Of a DNA stretch of 64,000 bases, positions 50,247-60,923 are shown in pieces. A program made the position numbers and the translations under genes. The stretch's first letter is position 1; each line of letters starts with the position of its first letter. The notes under the pieces were generated by a model. It was not told the origin of the DNA and ran no database searches. It saw only the letters and a program-made list of their open reading frames with translations. This stretch comes from an uncultured Candidatus Saccharibacteria bacterium (GTDB lineage Bacteria; Patescibacteriota; Minisyncoccia; Phycocordibacterales; Zambryskibacteraceae), in the NCBI GenBank assembly GCA_964618905.1, contig CAZUDK010000001.1, positions 13,982-77,981 of the forward strand. Direction: 5' to 3'.

Positions 50247-50837
50247 CTAAAAGTACGTGAATATAATCGCTGTCAGGTTAAGTATGGCATGACTAGCTGA
50301 GATGGCTATAAGATTAGGATACTTGTGATACATCCATGCAAAACCTATACCGGAAGCAAAAACAAGCGGAAGAACAATAGCCTTTTGAGCATAGATGGTA
50401 TGTAAAAAGGTGAAGAGAATGGTATTAACAGCTATCACTGAAAATATAGAGAGCTTTAATCTTGATAATTCCTCCATTAGAAAGCCTCTATAAAGAAACT
50501 CTTGAGTTATGCTGGACGGCAGAAAAAGGAAAAGCAGATGCGTATGAGTATACCAAGCATCAATAGGTTTCTTGTTTAAAAGATATGCCACTCCAACCAA
50601 AATCAGAATACTGAAAATTGTAAAAATAGTATAAGGAATGATTACTTTATCCAAGTTGTCGGTTCGGATGCCAAGCGACTTCGGCGACCAGCGTTGGAAG
50701 ACAACCAAGAGCACCGCAAAAATACTGTATGTTCCTATTATGATTATCCTGTGCTGAAATGGCAGAACGCCGAAATATATAAGAGCGACTGGAACTACAA
50801 ACACAAAAGCTACTTGCAAGATGATGAACCACTTCAT
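50247..50837 (-). CDS. CPBP family intramembrane metalloprotease (CAAX protease/Abi-like)
   Basis: The QEFLYRGF (EExxxR-type), FLH and HAILN motifs in a polytopic protein. Confidence 0.7.
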   Translation of the reverse strand: MKWFIILQVAFVFVVPVALIYFGVLPFQHRIIIIGTYSIFAVLLVVFQRWSPKSLGIRTDNLDKVIIPYTIFTIFSILILVGVAYLLNKKPIDAWYTHTHLLFLFLPSSITQEFLYRGFLMEELSRLKLSIFSVIAVNTILFTFLHTIYAQKAIVLPLVFASGIGFAWMYHKYPNLIAISASHAILNLTAIIFTYF

Positions 50838-50869
50838 ATGTTTGTCATATTAATATATTATACCCTTTC

Positions 50870-51286
50870 ATGAGCTTACCTAAAAAATATAAAGGCACCA
50901 AAAGAAAACTAAAGGTTAAGAAATCCCACGCCGGCCTCGGCTTGTTCACAGAAGAGCCTATAGAGAAAGGCGGATTTATCATAGAATACACAGGAACAAT
51001 ATTGAACGAAAAGCAGGCAAACGAAAAAGGCGGCAAATATCTTTTCGAAACCAGTTCAAACAGATTTATCGATGGCTCCGGCAGAAAAAATACCGCCAGA
51101 TATATCAATCACTCTTGCCGGCCGAATTGTGAAATAGATATACGAAGAGGTCATATACTTGTATTTGCAAAGCGTGCAATTAAGGCTGGAGAAGAGCTCG
51201 GCTATGATTATGAAAAAGAATATTTTGATGAATACATCAAACCTTATGGCTGCAAGTGCATAAAATGCAGAGAAGAGGCTAAATAG
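50870..51286 (+). CDS. SET-domain protein (putative lysine methyltransferase) with post-SET cysteines
   Basis: GLGLFTEEPIEKGGFIIEYTG...NHSCRPNC...ELGYDY...CKCIKC. Confidence 0.8.
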   Translation: MSLPKKYKGTKRKLKVKKSHAGLGLFTEEPIEKGGFIIEYTGTILNEKQANEKGGKYLFETSSNRFIDGSGRKNTARYINHSCRPNCEIDIRRGHILVFAKRAIKAGEELGYDYEKEYFDEYIKPYGCKCIKCREEAK

Positions 51287-51297
51287 GATATGAACAG

Positions 51298-51318
51298 CCC
51301 CGCGCCGTAGGCGCGGGG
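51298..51318. terminator. GC hairpin ccccgcgcc-gta-ggcgcgggg
   Basis: It lies between the convergent SET gene and the 51327..51572 ORF. The U-run is weak. Confidence 0.4.
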
Positions 51319-51326
51319 CATTCTGT

Positions 51327-51572
51327 CTACGCAGGCAAGAGCGACAGCAAACAACTTTCACAACAACCGTTCTCTCCGGCAGTGTGCCCTTCGATTCCGC
51401 ACTCCTCTTGAATCCTCGCAAGTTCACTTTCAGCGGCTTCGAGCAAGTTCCGAGCTATCTTCACTCGCTCGATGATAAGCCCCGCGTACCTTTGAGTTTC
51501 AAAGGATGTCCTCAGTAAGGCGCTCATCTTGCCTCCTTTTCTAAAGGTCTTTCTTAATTTTAGATAACTCAA
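51327..51572 (-). CDS. Small hypothetical protein with a Cys-rich C-terminus
   Basis: ...ECGIEGHTAGENGCCESC. The start is uncertain and may be MSALLRT. Confidence 0.3.
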   Translation of the reverse strand: MSYLKLRKTFRKGGKMSALLRTSFETQRYAGLIIERVKIARNLLEAAESELARIQEECGIEGHTAGENGCCESCLLSLLPA

Positions 51573-51665
51573 AAAGAATTGTTAAGACCGTTATTCACTG
51601 CTTTTCTACTCTTTCGTTATTTGTTATAAAATTAATAAATAAGTACTTAAGACGTCTAACTGAAA

Positions 51666-52232
51666 ATGAGCAGGCCATATCTTTTAACTGGTGCAATATT
51701 AATAATTCTGGCCATTGCTCTTGTAGTGCTTGGTTCCAAATACCGTGACGGCAGCATAACCAACCGTGACCAAACAACTGAGTATAAAACCTACTCAAAC
51801 GAAGAGCTCGGATTCGAACTAGAAAGACCTGGTAATTCGAGCGTAAGCAGAGAAGGAGAAAATAGGGTTAAGTTCACAGTGCTTGGAGACCTTAATTCTC
51901 CTAATACTGAAATCACAGACGGGCTAACACTCACTGTAACAGCCAATCTGAATGTTGTTTACAACAGCTTGGAAGATTATGTAGATGCCAGAGTGGAATC
52001 AAACAGCTCAAACGGCGGCTTAATACTCACCAGTCCTGAGGCAACCGTCGTAGGTGGAATGCGTGCTATCAAATATTCATTCCAAAATCTTCTTGGCCGA
52101 ACTAGTTGGGAATACGTATTCTTGCCGCAGCCCGGCCGAGGATACGTCGTTACTTACTCAGTTATTGACCCAGAAAATATCGGCTACGAAGAGATCGCAT
52201 TAAAAATGCTTAATAGTTTAACCTTCAAATAA
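51666..52232 (+). CDS. Membrane-anchored hypothetical protein
   Basis: An N-terminal TM segment followed by a Ser/Thr/Asn-rich ectodomain. Confidence 0.5.
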   Translation: MSRPYLLTGAILIILAIALVVLGSKYRDGSITNRDQTTEYKTYSNEELGFELERPGNSSVSREGENRVKFTVLGDLNSPNTEITDGLTLTVTANLNVVYNSLEDYVDARVESNSSNGGLILTSPEATVVGGMRAIKYSFQNLLGRTSWEYVFLPQPGRGYVVTYSVIDPENIGYEEIALKMLNSLTFK

Positions 52233-52235
52233 ACA

Positions 52236-52424
52236 ATGCCAGCACGATCTAAAAAACAGCAGATGGCTGCCGGAGCAGCTCTCTCAGCTAAGCGAGGAGA
52301 AATAAAAGAAAGCGAACTTCAGGGTGCATCTAAAGAGATGTACGAATCCATGACGGAAGAAGAACTTGAGGAACTTGCCAGCACGAAACGTGAAGACTTG
52401 CCGGACGAAGTGGAAGGAGATTAA
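52236..52424 (+). CDS. Small acidic hypothetical protein
   Basis: A 62-aa ORF directly followed by a terminator. Confidence 0.4.
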   Translation: MPARSKKQQMAAGAALSAKRGEIKESELQGASKEMYESMTEEELEELASTKREDLPDEVEGD

Positions 52425-52431
52425 AAAGAAA

Positions 52432-52464
52432 CAGCGGCTCTGCTCTAGCAGGGCCGCTGTTTTA
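52432..52464. terminator. Bidirectional terminator hairpin
   Basis: cagcggc...gccgctg is followed by tttt on the plus strand, with an A-run upstream. Confidence 0.55.
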
Positions 52465-52474
52465 ACATCCAGCA

Positions 52475-52723
52475 CTACAATAAATGAAAGTGTAGATACT
52501 GCAAGAACATCTGGTTGAAAGACCAGTAAGCGAGGGCGGTAAAAATATCCTCCTCTGTTAGGAACAGAGTTGCCTTGAATGCGTTGTAGCAGTAAGGACA
52601 CTGAATTACCACGATCCTTCCGACATCCTCTATTCCATGGATGACTCTCAGATTTTTGTGGCAGTGCGTACATCTGAAGGCTTGTAAACGTTCCACTTTT
52701 TTCCTCCTTGCTTGAGTGAACAC
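52475..52723 (-). CDS. Zinc-ribbon protein
   Basis: CTHCHKN...CPYCYN. Confidence 0.4.
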   Translation of the reverse strand: MFTQARRKKVERLQAFRCTHCHKNLRVIHGIEDVGRIVVIQCPYCYNAFKATLFLTEEDIFTALAYWSFNQMFLQYLHFHLL

Positions 52724-52781
52724 CTCTGTCGCCTAAAATACCATAATTTTCAAGAAAAGGAAGATCTTTCTATGGAGCCAC

Positions 52782-53075
52782 TTACCAAGCTTTGTATATC
52801 TCACGAGAGCCGGAAACATACATCTCGTTAATGTCTTTGAACTGCTCGGCCATTTCCCTATTCTCCTTTGTATCCTTCATCTCTTCTTCCCTGTTTTTCT
52901 CATAAGCAATCAAATCATCATATTGGCTCACTATAATTACCCGATGCCACTGGCCGGTTATATCTGTCATGATGTTGAGAACTCCAGGTTTATCACCCAT
53001 GGCTTCCTTGAAACGCTTGGCCAATTTACCGGCATTGCCCGGCTTACAAACAAAAGTGTCGTGAACTATTATCAT
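52782..53075 (-). CDS. Hypothetical protein
   Basis: A 97-aa ORF with no recognised motifs. Confidence 0.35.
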   Translation of the reverse strand: MIIVHDTFVCKPGNAGKLAKRFKEAMGDKPGVLNIMTDITGQWHRVIIVSQYDDLIAYEKNREEEMKDTKENREMAEQFKDINEMYVSGSREIYKAW

Positions 53076-53152
53076 GTGATTTTAAAATTAGCTAATCATC
53101 ATATTGTAGACGAAAAAAACAAGTTAACCATACTCTGATTAATTAATGAGTA

Positions 53153-53185
53153 AGTAAAAATCCCAATGCTTGCGCATCGGGATTT
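53153..53185 (-). terminator. Terminator downstream of tRNA-Asn
   Basis: aaatcccaatgc-ttgc-gcatcgggattt with one mismatch, followed by a U-run on the minus strand. Confidence 0.55.
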
Positions 53186-53194
53186 AACTTTCTC

Positions 53195-53270
53195 TGGCTC
53201 CGCGACCAGGGCTCGAACCTGGGACATCCTCGTTAACAGCGAGGCGCTCTACCGACTGAGCTATCGCGGA
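53195..53270 (-). tRNA. tRNA-Asn(GUU)
   Basis: The acceptor is UCCGCGA/UCGCGGA. The anticodon loop is CUGUUAA. The T-loop is UUCGAGC. The discriminator is G and CCA is encoded. It closely resembles canonical bacterial tRNA-Asn. Confidence 0.85.
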
Positions 53271-53515
53271 ATATTATTTTTCAGAATCTCTCCTCTAAGC
53301 TCCCTCCCTTCTCCGGTTTTGAAAAACTTTTCCCTACATCGTGCTTCACCTAAAGTAGAGAACTTCTCTGTATAAACCAACGTGAGAGGTCTACGGCCTT
53401 TAGTTGGTTTAACATGACCAGAATTATGTTCTCGTAATCTTCGAGACACATCTTTCGCAAGACCAACATAGAAACCGTTATCTTTTTTGCTTTGCAGTAT
53501 GTAAACAAAGTACAT
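53261..53515 (-). CDS. Stand-alone GIY-YIG nuclease domain protein
   Basis: MYFVYILQSKKDNGFYVGLAKDVSRRLREHN is the GIY-YIG motif. Its last three codons and the TAG stop are supplied by the 5' end of tRNA-Asn. Confidence 0.7.
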   Translation of the reverse strand: MYFVYILQSKKDNGFYVGLAKDVSRRLREHNSGHVKPTKGRRPLTLVYTEKFSTLGEARCREKFFKTGEGRELRGEILKNNIPR

Positions 53516-53529
53516 ACTATTATTCTACA

Positions 53530-53575
53530 CTCTACCGACTGAGCCCTGCCTGCCGGCAGGCGGGTATCGCGGAAT
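53530..53575 (-). pseudogene. Duplicated 5' half of tRNA-Asn (acceptor 5' strand plus D-arm) interrupted by a 20-nt palindromic insertion
   Basis: ctctaccgactgagc + [cctgcctgccggcaggcggg] + tatcgcggaat are identical to tRNA-Asn positions at 53247-53272 apart from the insertion. There is no anticodon, T-arm or 3' half. Confidence 0.6.
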
Positions 53576-53645
53576 GAAAAAATAATAACAGAAAAAAGCT
53601 CAAAATCAACCGCATGAATATGAAGTCACCTGTTATAATACTGAT

Positions 53646-54194
53646 ATGAAAAAAGCTGTTGTAGTAATAATAGTTCTAGCTGCTCTGGGTCTGGTCTATT
53701 CTCTAAGCAATAATCCGTCAAAAGTAACCAATGTTTCCAACAATAATGAAAGTTCTTCCGTAAAACCCGACCCTTCAAACGCGACCTTTATTTTTGAAGA
53801 TGGTCCGATAACCTTGTCTGGCGGCAAGACAACAATAGACATAGAAGGTTCTTCTGTTCTAAAAGAAGATGTGAGCCTTTGGGGTAACTTTATCGCTTAC
53901 GGAGATATAAATAGTGACAAAAAAGAAGATGCAGCGGTCATCATCACCCGTACAGGCGGCGGATCAGGCTTCTTCATATATGTAGCTCCTTTCTACTCCA
54001 AAGCAGGTTCATACAAAGGCGGTAATGCTGTATTTCTAGGTGATAGAGTGGCTCCAAAGGATATTTCAATAGCTGATGGCATTTTAACAGTGGAATACAT
54101 GGACAGAGCTGAAGGAGAACCTATGGCCGCCGAACCCACAGTGCTAAAGTCAGAACAATTTAAAATCAAAAACGGAATACTGGAGAAATTATAA
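53646..54194 (+). CDS. Secreted or lipoprotein-like hypothetical protein
   Basis: The signal peptide is MKKAVVVIIVLAALGLVYS. Confidence 0.5.
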   Translation: MKKAVVVIIVLAALGLVYSLSNNPSKVTNVSNNNESSSVKPDPSNATFIFEDGPITLSGGKTTIDIEGSSVLKEDVSLWGNFIAYGDINSDKKEDAAVIITRTGGGSGFFIYVAPFYSKAGSYKGGNAVFLGDRVAPKDISIADGILTVEYMDRAEGEPMAAEPTVLKSEQFKIKNGILEKL

Positions 54195-54270
54195 TCTTTT
54201 GAGAATAGTTTATATTCTTTAAATCAGTATTTATTGCCTGATTATGCATTTTATGCTTTAATTTCCGCTT

Positions 54271-56079
<1,809 letters not shown>

Positions 56080-56189
56080 TTATTAACATTCTACGATTGA
56101 CTTTTGTCAATACTTGTGCCAAGATTAAGTTTGGCACTATCGATAATTTCGCTAGTTGAACATTAACTTCGGCAGGAAGAGAGGCCAGC

Positions 56190-56672
56190 ATGAAAAGCAA
56201 TCTTGCTTCAGCAGGTATTGCTTGGCGGTTAAATAACGGCGAGCTTGAAGTCCTGGTTTTGGACTCATACACTACCATCGAATCGTGGGAGAAAAGGAGC
56301 CACCCAAGAACCAAGTTCCCAGGAGGAGGAAACCGAGAATATGCCAACGAAACCGCGAGACATACTCTCAATAGAGAGTATGTCCACGAGACAGGACTGA
56401 CATTCCCCGAGAATGCAATCCTGATCTGGAGAAATAGGAAGCCTAGTACATACCCGAAAGGAGAGACTCATATCCAATATTTCTATGCCGCTCCCGAAAA
56501 GGAAGTTACAGGTCCCATGCGGACTGATGTGATCCAGGACGGCAATGAATGGCTATCCCCTCCTTACTGGATGTCTGCTTCTGTGCTCTCGAAGAGCAAG
56601 CAGCTTCTATACTGGCATAGGCGTCCTCTGATCGAGCTTATGAAGTTAATTGACAGAGGATTACTCCTCTAA
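56190..56672 (+). CDS. NUDIX-like hydrolase with a partly degenerate Nudix box
   Basis: GGGNREYANETARHTLNREYVHETG matches Gx5Ex7REUxEExGU, except that the second catalytic E is H. Confidence 0.45.
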   Translation: MKSNLASAGIAWRLNNGELEVLVLDSYTTIESWEKRSHPRTKFPGGGNREYANETARHTLNREYVHETGLTFPENAILIWRNRKPSTYPKGETHIQYFYAAPEKEVTGPMRTDVIQDGNEWLSPPYWMSASVLSKSKQLLYWHRRPLIELMKLIDRGLLL

Positions 56673-56739
56673 CAGGTCCCACTACTATTTAGAATTAACA
56701 TTCTAGAGACGTGGTGGGACTTTTTGCTATACTATTGCC

Positions 56740-57504
56740 ATGTCCAAACTAGATACAGCGCCATACAAGGGAGTCAGGGATTTTTATCCTGAAGATATGG
56801 TTATCCAGAACTATATTTTTGATACCTGGAAAAAGGTTTCTAAAGATTTTAATTATCAAGAATATTCTGCTTCGCCTCTCGAACCGACTGAGATTTATAC
56901 TGAAAAATCAGGATCGGAGATAGTTAACGAACAGACTTTCACCTTTATCGACAGAGGGGGGCGCTCTGTCACCCTGCGGCCGGAGATGACCCCGACGCTT
57001 GCCCGAATGATCGCCGCCAAGAGACGCAATCTCAAATACCCCCTACGCTGGTTCTCCATTCCAAACCTGTTCAGATACGAGAGGCCGCAGAGAGGGCGCA
57101 AGCGCGAACACTGGCAACTTAACTGCGACCTAGTAGGTGTTGCCGGCCTTGATGGTGACAGAGAAGTCATGTCCCTCGCTTATGCAATTATGAAAGAGTT
57201 TGGAGCAAAAGATGAAGACTTCGAAATAAGAGTGAACAACTGCAATCCGGAAGATTTCAAAGACATAGCTCCAAATATCGTATTCGATGAATCTCTTGCC
57301 AGAGGCCAAGCTTATTACACTGGACCGGTTTTTGAATTCTTTGATACTAATCCTGAGAACAGCCGCTCAATATGCGGTGGAGGAAGGTACGATAAACTTT
57401 TGGAGATTTTTGATGTTGAGCCTCTGCCTATTGCTGGCTTTGGCATGGGAGATATCACTCTGCGAGATTTCCTTGAGACTCATAAGCTAGGACCGTATGC
57501 GTAA
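56740..57504 (+). CDS. HisRS-like class II aaRS catalytic core lacking the anticodon-binding domain
   Basis: Motif 1/2-like TLRPEMT and WFSIPNLFRYERPQRGRKREHWQ are present. Motif 3 is GGGRYD and GFGMG follows. It ends about 15 aa after that, at 254 aa. Confidence 0.65.
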   Translation: MSKLDTAPYKGVRDFYPEDMVIQNYIFDTWKKVSKDFNYQEYSASPLEPTEIYTEKSGSEIVNEQTFTFIDRGGRSVTLRPEMTPTLARMIAAKRRNLKYPLRWFSIPNLFRYERPQRGRKREHWQLNCDLVGVAGLDGDREVMSLAYAIMKEFGAKDEDFEIRVNNCNPEDFKDIAPNIVFDESLARGQAYYTGPVFEFFDTNPENSRSICGGGRYDKLLEIFDVEPLPIAGFGMGDITLRDFLETHKLGPYA

Positions 57505-58072
57505 AATAGTTTTCGACATTGAGACTCGTAACGTCTTTGCAGACGTTGGAAAAAACGACCCTGCTCTTTTGGATATATCACTCGTAGCTATTCATGACTC
57601 CGAGACCGGAGAGTACTCTTCTTATCTTCAAGAAGAACTGTCAAAGCTGTGGCCCATCATAGAACGAGCAGACATGCTCATAGGCTTCAACTCGGACCAT
57701 TTCGACATTCCCCTGCTAAACAAATACTATCCTGGCGACCTCAAAGAGATCAGATCCCTTGATATTCTAAAGGAGATAAAGAATTCATATGGAAGAAGAA
57801 TGCGCCTCGATCAGCTTGCCGAAGGAACTCTTGGCTTGAACAAATCAGGGCACGGGCTTGATGCTATAGACTGGTGGAAGAAAGGTGAAATAGAAAAAAT
57901 CCGCAAATATTGCATTGATGATGTTAAGCTGACAAAAGACATCTATGACTATGCAATGAAAAACAACAAGCTGTTCTTTAAGGAAGGTAAAGACTTGCAT
58001 GAGATAACTCTCGACACCTCAGACTGGGAAAGCGAAGGTGACCATAAACTGACTTTCACTCTGCCATTTTAA
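57497..58072 (+). CDS. DEDDh 3'-5' exonuclease (DnaQ / oligoribonuclease-like)
   Basis: FDIET is Exo I. GFNSDHFDIPLL is Exo II. GHGLDAIDW...YCIDDV is Exo III. The start overlaps the upstream HisRS-like stop by 8 nt. Confidence 0.75.
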   Translation: MRKIVFDIETRNVFADVGKNDPALLDISLVAIHDSETGEYSSYLQEELSKLWPIIERADMLIGFNSDHFDIPLLNKYYPGDLKEIRSLDILKEIKNSYGRRMRLDQLAEGTLGLNKSGHGLDAIDWWKKGEIEKIRKYCIDDVKLTKDIYDYAMKNNKLFFKEGKDLHEITLDTSDWESEGDHKLTFTLPF

Positions 58073-58077
58073 ACATC

Positions 58078-58557
58078 ATGGATACACTCTTTATTTTTGG
58101 CGCTAAGTACTTGTTTGTCTTACCAATTCTTATTGCCATTGTATCAATAGCAAAGATGCCGCAAGACAAACGGAAAGATGCTCTTTTATTCTTCTGTCTG
58201 TCCTTGCCGCTTACATTTTTAATCTCCATTATTGCCAGAAAAATGTACTTCAATCCCCGTCCGTTTACTATAGAAAATTTTACTCCGCTAATACCGCATT
58301 TGCCTGACAATGGATTCCCTTCAGACCATACCTTATTGGTGTCAGCTATTGCATCAGGATTGATGTATTTCAGCAAAAGAAAAGTGGCTGTAGGTTTGTG
58401 GCTGATTGCCATTCTTGTAGGAATATCCAGAGTCTATGTAGGGGTGCATCATCTGCTTGACGTCTTGGCAGCGGCAGTTATTGCCTTGCTTGGCGCGGTT
58501 CTCGTCCATGTTTTCCTAGAGAGGCGGCAAGATGGTATAATGGACAAAATAAAATAA
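58078..58557 (+). CDS. PAP2 family phosphatase (undecaprenyl-diphosphatase-like)
   Basis: The PSDH and SRVYVGVHH phosphatase motifs in a polytopic protein. Confidence 0.75.
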   Translation: MDTLFIFGAKYLFVLPILIAIVSIAKMPQDKRKDALLFFCLSLPLTFLISIIARKMYFNPRPFTIENFTPLIPHLPDNGFPSDHTLLVSAIASGLMYFSKRKVAVGLWLIAILVGISRVYVGVHHLLDVLAAAVIALLGAVLVHVFLERRQDGIMDKIK

Positions 58558-58558
58558 T

Positions 58559-59242
58559 ATGGAAACCAATACCAACAAATACATCGTGCCTTTAGCCATT
58601 GTTATCGCAGGAGCAATGATATCCGGAGCCATTTATTTCGGAGGTTCTGGAGGAAGCGTGGCAAGCAATTCCGAAGCCAATGCCGTAGAATCCACAAACA
58701 TCGCCCCCGTTAGCGCCGAAGACCACATTAGAGGCAACCCTGATGCGGCTTTGGTCATTGTCGAATATTCAGACCTTGAATGCCCATTCTGCAAAGTTTT
58801 CCATAATACAATGAGGCAGATAATGAGTGAATATGACGGAAAGGTTGCCTGGGTTTACAGACACTTCCCTATTCCCCAACTTCACCACAAAGCACCTCAT
58901 GAAGCTGAAGCATCTGAATGTGCAGCCGAGCTTGGCGGCAATATAGCTTTCTGGCAATTTGTTGATGAAGTGTTTAAGAGGACTAATTCCAACGACTCTC
59001 TAGATCCTGCAGAATTGCCGAAAATCGCCGGAGATATCGGACTTGATACAGTTAAGTTCAACTCCTGCTTATCATCAGGAAAATACACTGAAGCAATACA
59101 GAAGAGCGCTGAAGCAGCCGTAGAAGCAGGTGCGAGAGGCACTCCTTACTCCGTGATTATCTCAGGCGACCAGAAAGTTGTCATAAACGGTGCAGAACCT
59201 ATCGAGAGTGTCCGAGCAAAAATTGATTCGCTGTTAAAGTAA
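58559..59242 (+). CDS. DsbA-family thiol:disulfide oxidoreductase
   Basis: An N-terminal TM segment and the CPFC active site within a thioredoxin fold. Confidence 0.8.
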   Translation: METNTNKYIVPLAIVIAGAMISGAIYFGGSGGSVASNSEANAVESTNIAPVSAEDHIRGNPDAALVIVEYSDLECPFCKVFHNTMRQIMSEYDGKVAWVYRHFPIPQLHHKAPHEAEASECAAELGGNIAFWQFVDEVFKRTNSNDSLDPAELPKIAGDIGLDTVKFNSCLSSGKYTEAIQKSAEAAVEAGARGTPYSVIISGDQKVVINGAEPIESVRAKIDSLLK

Positions 59243-59252
59243 GATAAACTAC

Positions 59253-59375
59253 CTGACTGGAGTTATGGTTAAGAAAAACCTCGCGGAGCGCGTCGTCTGC
59301 CTTAGGCAGACCCCCGCGGAGCGTACATCGCCAGCAGGCGATATAGCGTGTTTTTCGTACCATAACTCCAGTCAG
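59253..59375. repeat. 123-nt structured element bounded by 17-bp perfect inverted repeats (ctgactggagttatggt / accataactccagtcag) enclosing internal hairpins
   Basis: Seen directly. The inner hairpins are gtctgcc-ttag-ggcagac and atcgcc-agca-ggcgat. cgcggagcg is a direct repeat. There is an internal T-run. The element fills the dsbA to DUF2779 intergenic region. Confidence 0.5.
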
Positions 59376-59402
59376 TAATTACGTAATCATTCTAAGCATT
59401 CT

Positions 59403-60923
59403 ATGCTAACGAAAACTAACTACATCCTCTGGAGAGATTGCCCCAAAAACACATGGCTTAAAGTGCATAGGCCCGATGTGTATTTCGACCATGAATTATC
59501 TGACTTCGAAAAACAGATCATAGAAACCGGAAACGAAGTAGAGCTTGAGGCTCGGAAACTTTTCCCTACTGGAGTGCTGGTAGAAGGGCGCGAAGAGAAG
59601 GCTATAGAGGAAACGAAAAAGCTTCTTGAATCTGGCGAGAGGACTTTATTCCAAGCTGCTTTTGAAAAGCCCGCCTCGACTCGCGCAGACTCTTCGACGC
59701 GAGGCGGAGATGGATATTTTGCGGCCCTGGATGTTTTAAAAAAGGAAGAAAATGGAAAATTTTCTATTTATGAAATCAAAGCAACAAACAGCATAGACAA
59801 AAATACTCACTATCATGACCTAACTTTCCAGACCAATCTTTTGCGCCGGTGCGGACTAGAGATAGAAAAAACCTACCTCATACATCTTAATCCTAAATAT
59901 GTAAGGGAAGGAGAACTTGATCTCACCCAGCTCTTTGCTGTGGAAGACGTTACTGAAAAAGTAGAAGAATTAAAAGATGAAGTTGAAGAAGAAATGGCTC
60001 TTGCTCTCCAGTACATACAGCAAGAGAAAGAACCGCCGGGATACTGCTCCTGCATATACAAAGGACGCTCTAGCCACTGCACGACATTTCATTATTCAAA
60101 TCCCAATATTCCAAAATACGGAGTGCACGACCTTGCCAGAATAGGCCTTAGCAAGAACAAGCTCAAATCTCTTATTGATGATAATATTTTCGAGATTGGT
60201 GATATTCCGGAGAGCGTAGAACTCTCTGATAACCAAAAGAATCAAATTCTTACTTACCTCGATGACATTGAGATAATTTCAAAAGAAGAAATTTCCCAAG
60301 AGCTTGATAGTCTTGTATTCCCTCTTTATTTCCTTGATTACGAAACCTTCCCTTCGGCTCTGCCGCGCTTTGACCAATATTCGCCATATCAGCAGATCCC
60401 TTTTCAATATTCACTGCATGTACTCGACAATCCCGAAGCCGAACCAGTGCATAAGGATTTTCTTTATACCAAGAGTGATGATCCATCCGTAAGCTTCTAT
60501 AGATCGCTTGCCGATCATATCGGCAATAAAGGAAATGTCATAGTCTGGCATAAAAGTTTTGAATGCGGAAGAAATCGCGAAATTGCAAACCGAGTACCGG
60601 AGTCTGCTGAATTTTTCAAACAGCTAGATGAGAGAGTTTATGATTTGGAAGATATTTTCAAGAAACAGCACTATGTGCACAAGGACTTCAAAGGCAGTTC
60701 GAGCATCAAGAAGGTCCTGCCGGTTTTAGCACCCGAACTTTCATACAAGGACCTTGAAATACGCGAAGGCGGCTCCGCCGCCGAAGCCTGGGACAGATCA
60801 GTCAGGGGAGGAATTGGAGAGAAAGAGAGAGAAGAGATATTCCACAACTTGCGCGAATACTGCAAGCTCGACACTTACGCCATGTATGCTATCTGGAACG
60901 AGTTGTATAAACTGGTTTACTGA
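59403..60923 (+). CDS. PD-(D/E)XK nuclease-like N-terminal domain fused to a DUF2779/RNase H-like C-terminal domain
   Basis: IYEIKAT is the E.K core. YHDLTF is Cas4-like. The C-terminal YFLDYETF and WHKSFE are DEDD-like motifs. Confidence 0.5.
   Translation: MLTKTNYILWRDCPKNTWLKVHRPDVYFDHELSDFEKQIIETGNEVELEARKLFPTGVLVEGREEKAIEETKKLLESGERTLFQAAFEKPASTRADSSTRGGDGYFAALDVLKKEENGKFSIYEIKATNSIDKNTHYHDLTFQTNLLRRCGLEIEKTYLIHLNPKYVREGELDLTQLFAVEDVTEKVEELKDEVEEEMALALQYIQQEKEPPGYCSCIYKGRSSHCTTFHYSNPNIPKYGVHDLARIGLSKNKLKSLIDDNIFEIGDIPESVELSDNQKNQILTYLDDIEIISKEEISQELDSLVFPLYFLDYETFPSALPRFDQYSPYQQIPFQYSLHVLDNPEAEPVHKDFLYTKSDDPSVSFYRSLADHIGNKGNVIVWHKSFECGRNREIANRVPESAEFFKQLDERVYDLEDIFKKQHYVHKDFKGSSSIKKVLPVLAPELSYKDLEIREGGSAAEAWDRSVRGGIGEKEREEIFHNLREYCKLDTYAMYAIWNELYKLVY

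Noticed and set aside
53530-53575. A second functional tRNA-Asn gene
   Set aside because: Only the 5' acceptor strand and D-arm are present. The sequence downstream is the GIY-YIG ORF, so no anticodon, T-arm or 3' acceptor strand exists.
56740-57504. Calling this ORF HisZ (ATP phosphoribosyltransferase regulatory subunit)
   Set aside because: No histidine-biosynthesis context is visible and the organism type is not expected to make histidine. It is left as a HisRS-like core of uncertain role.
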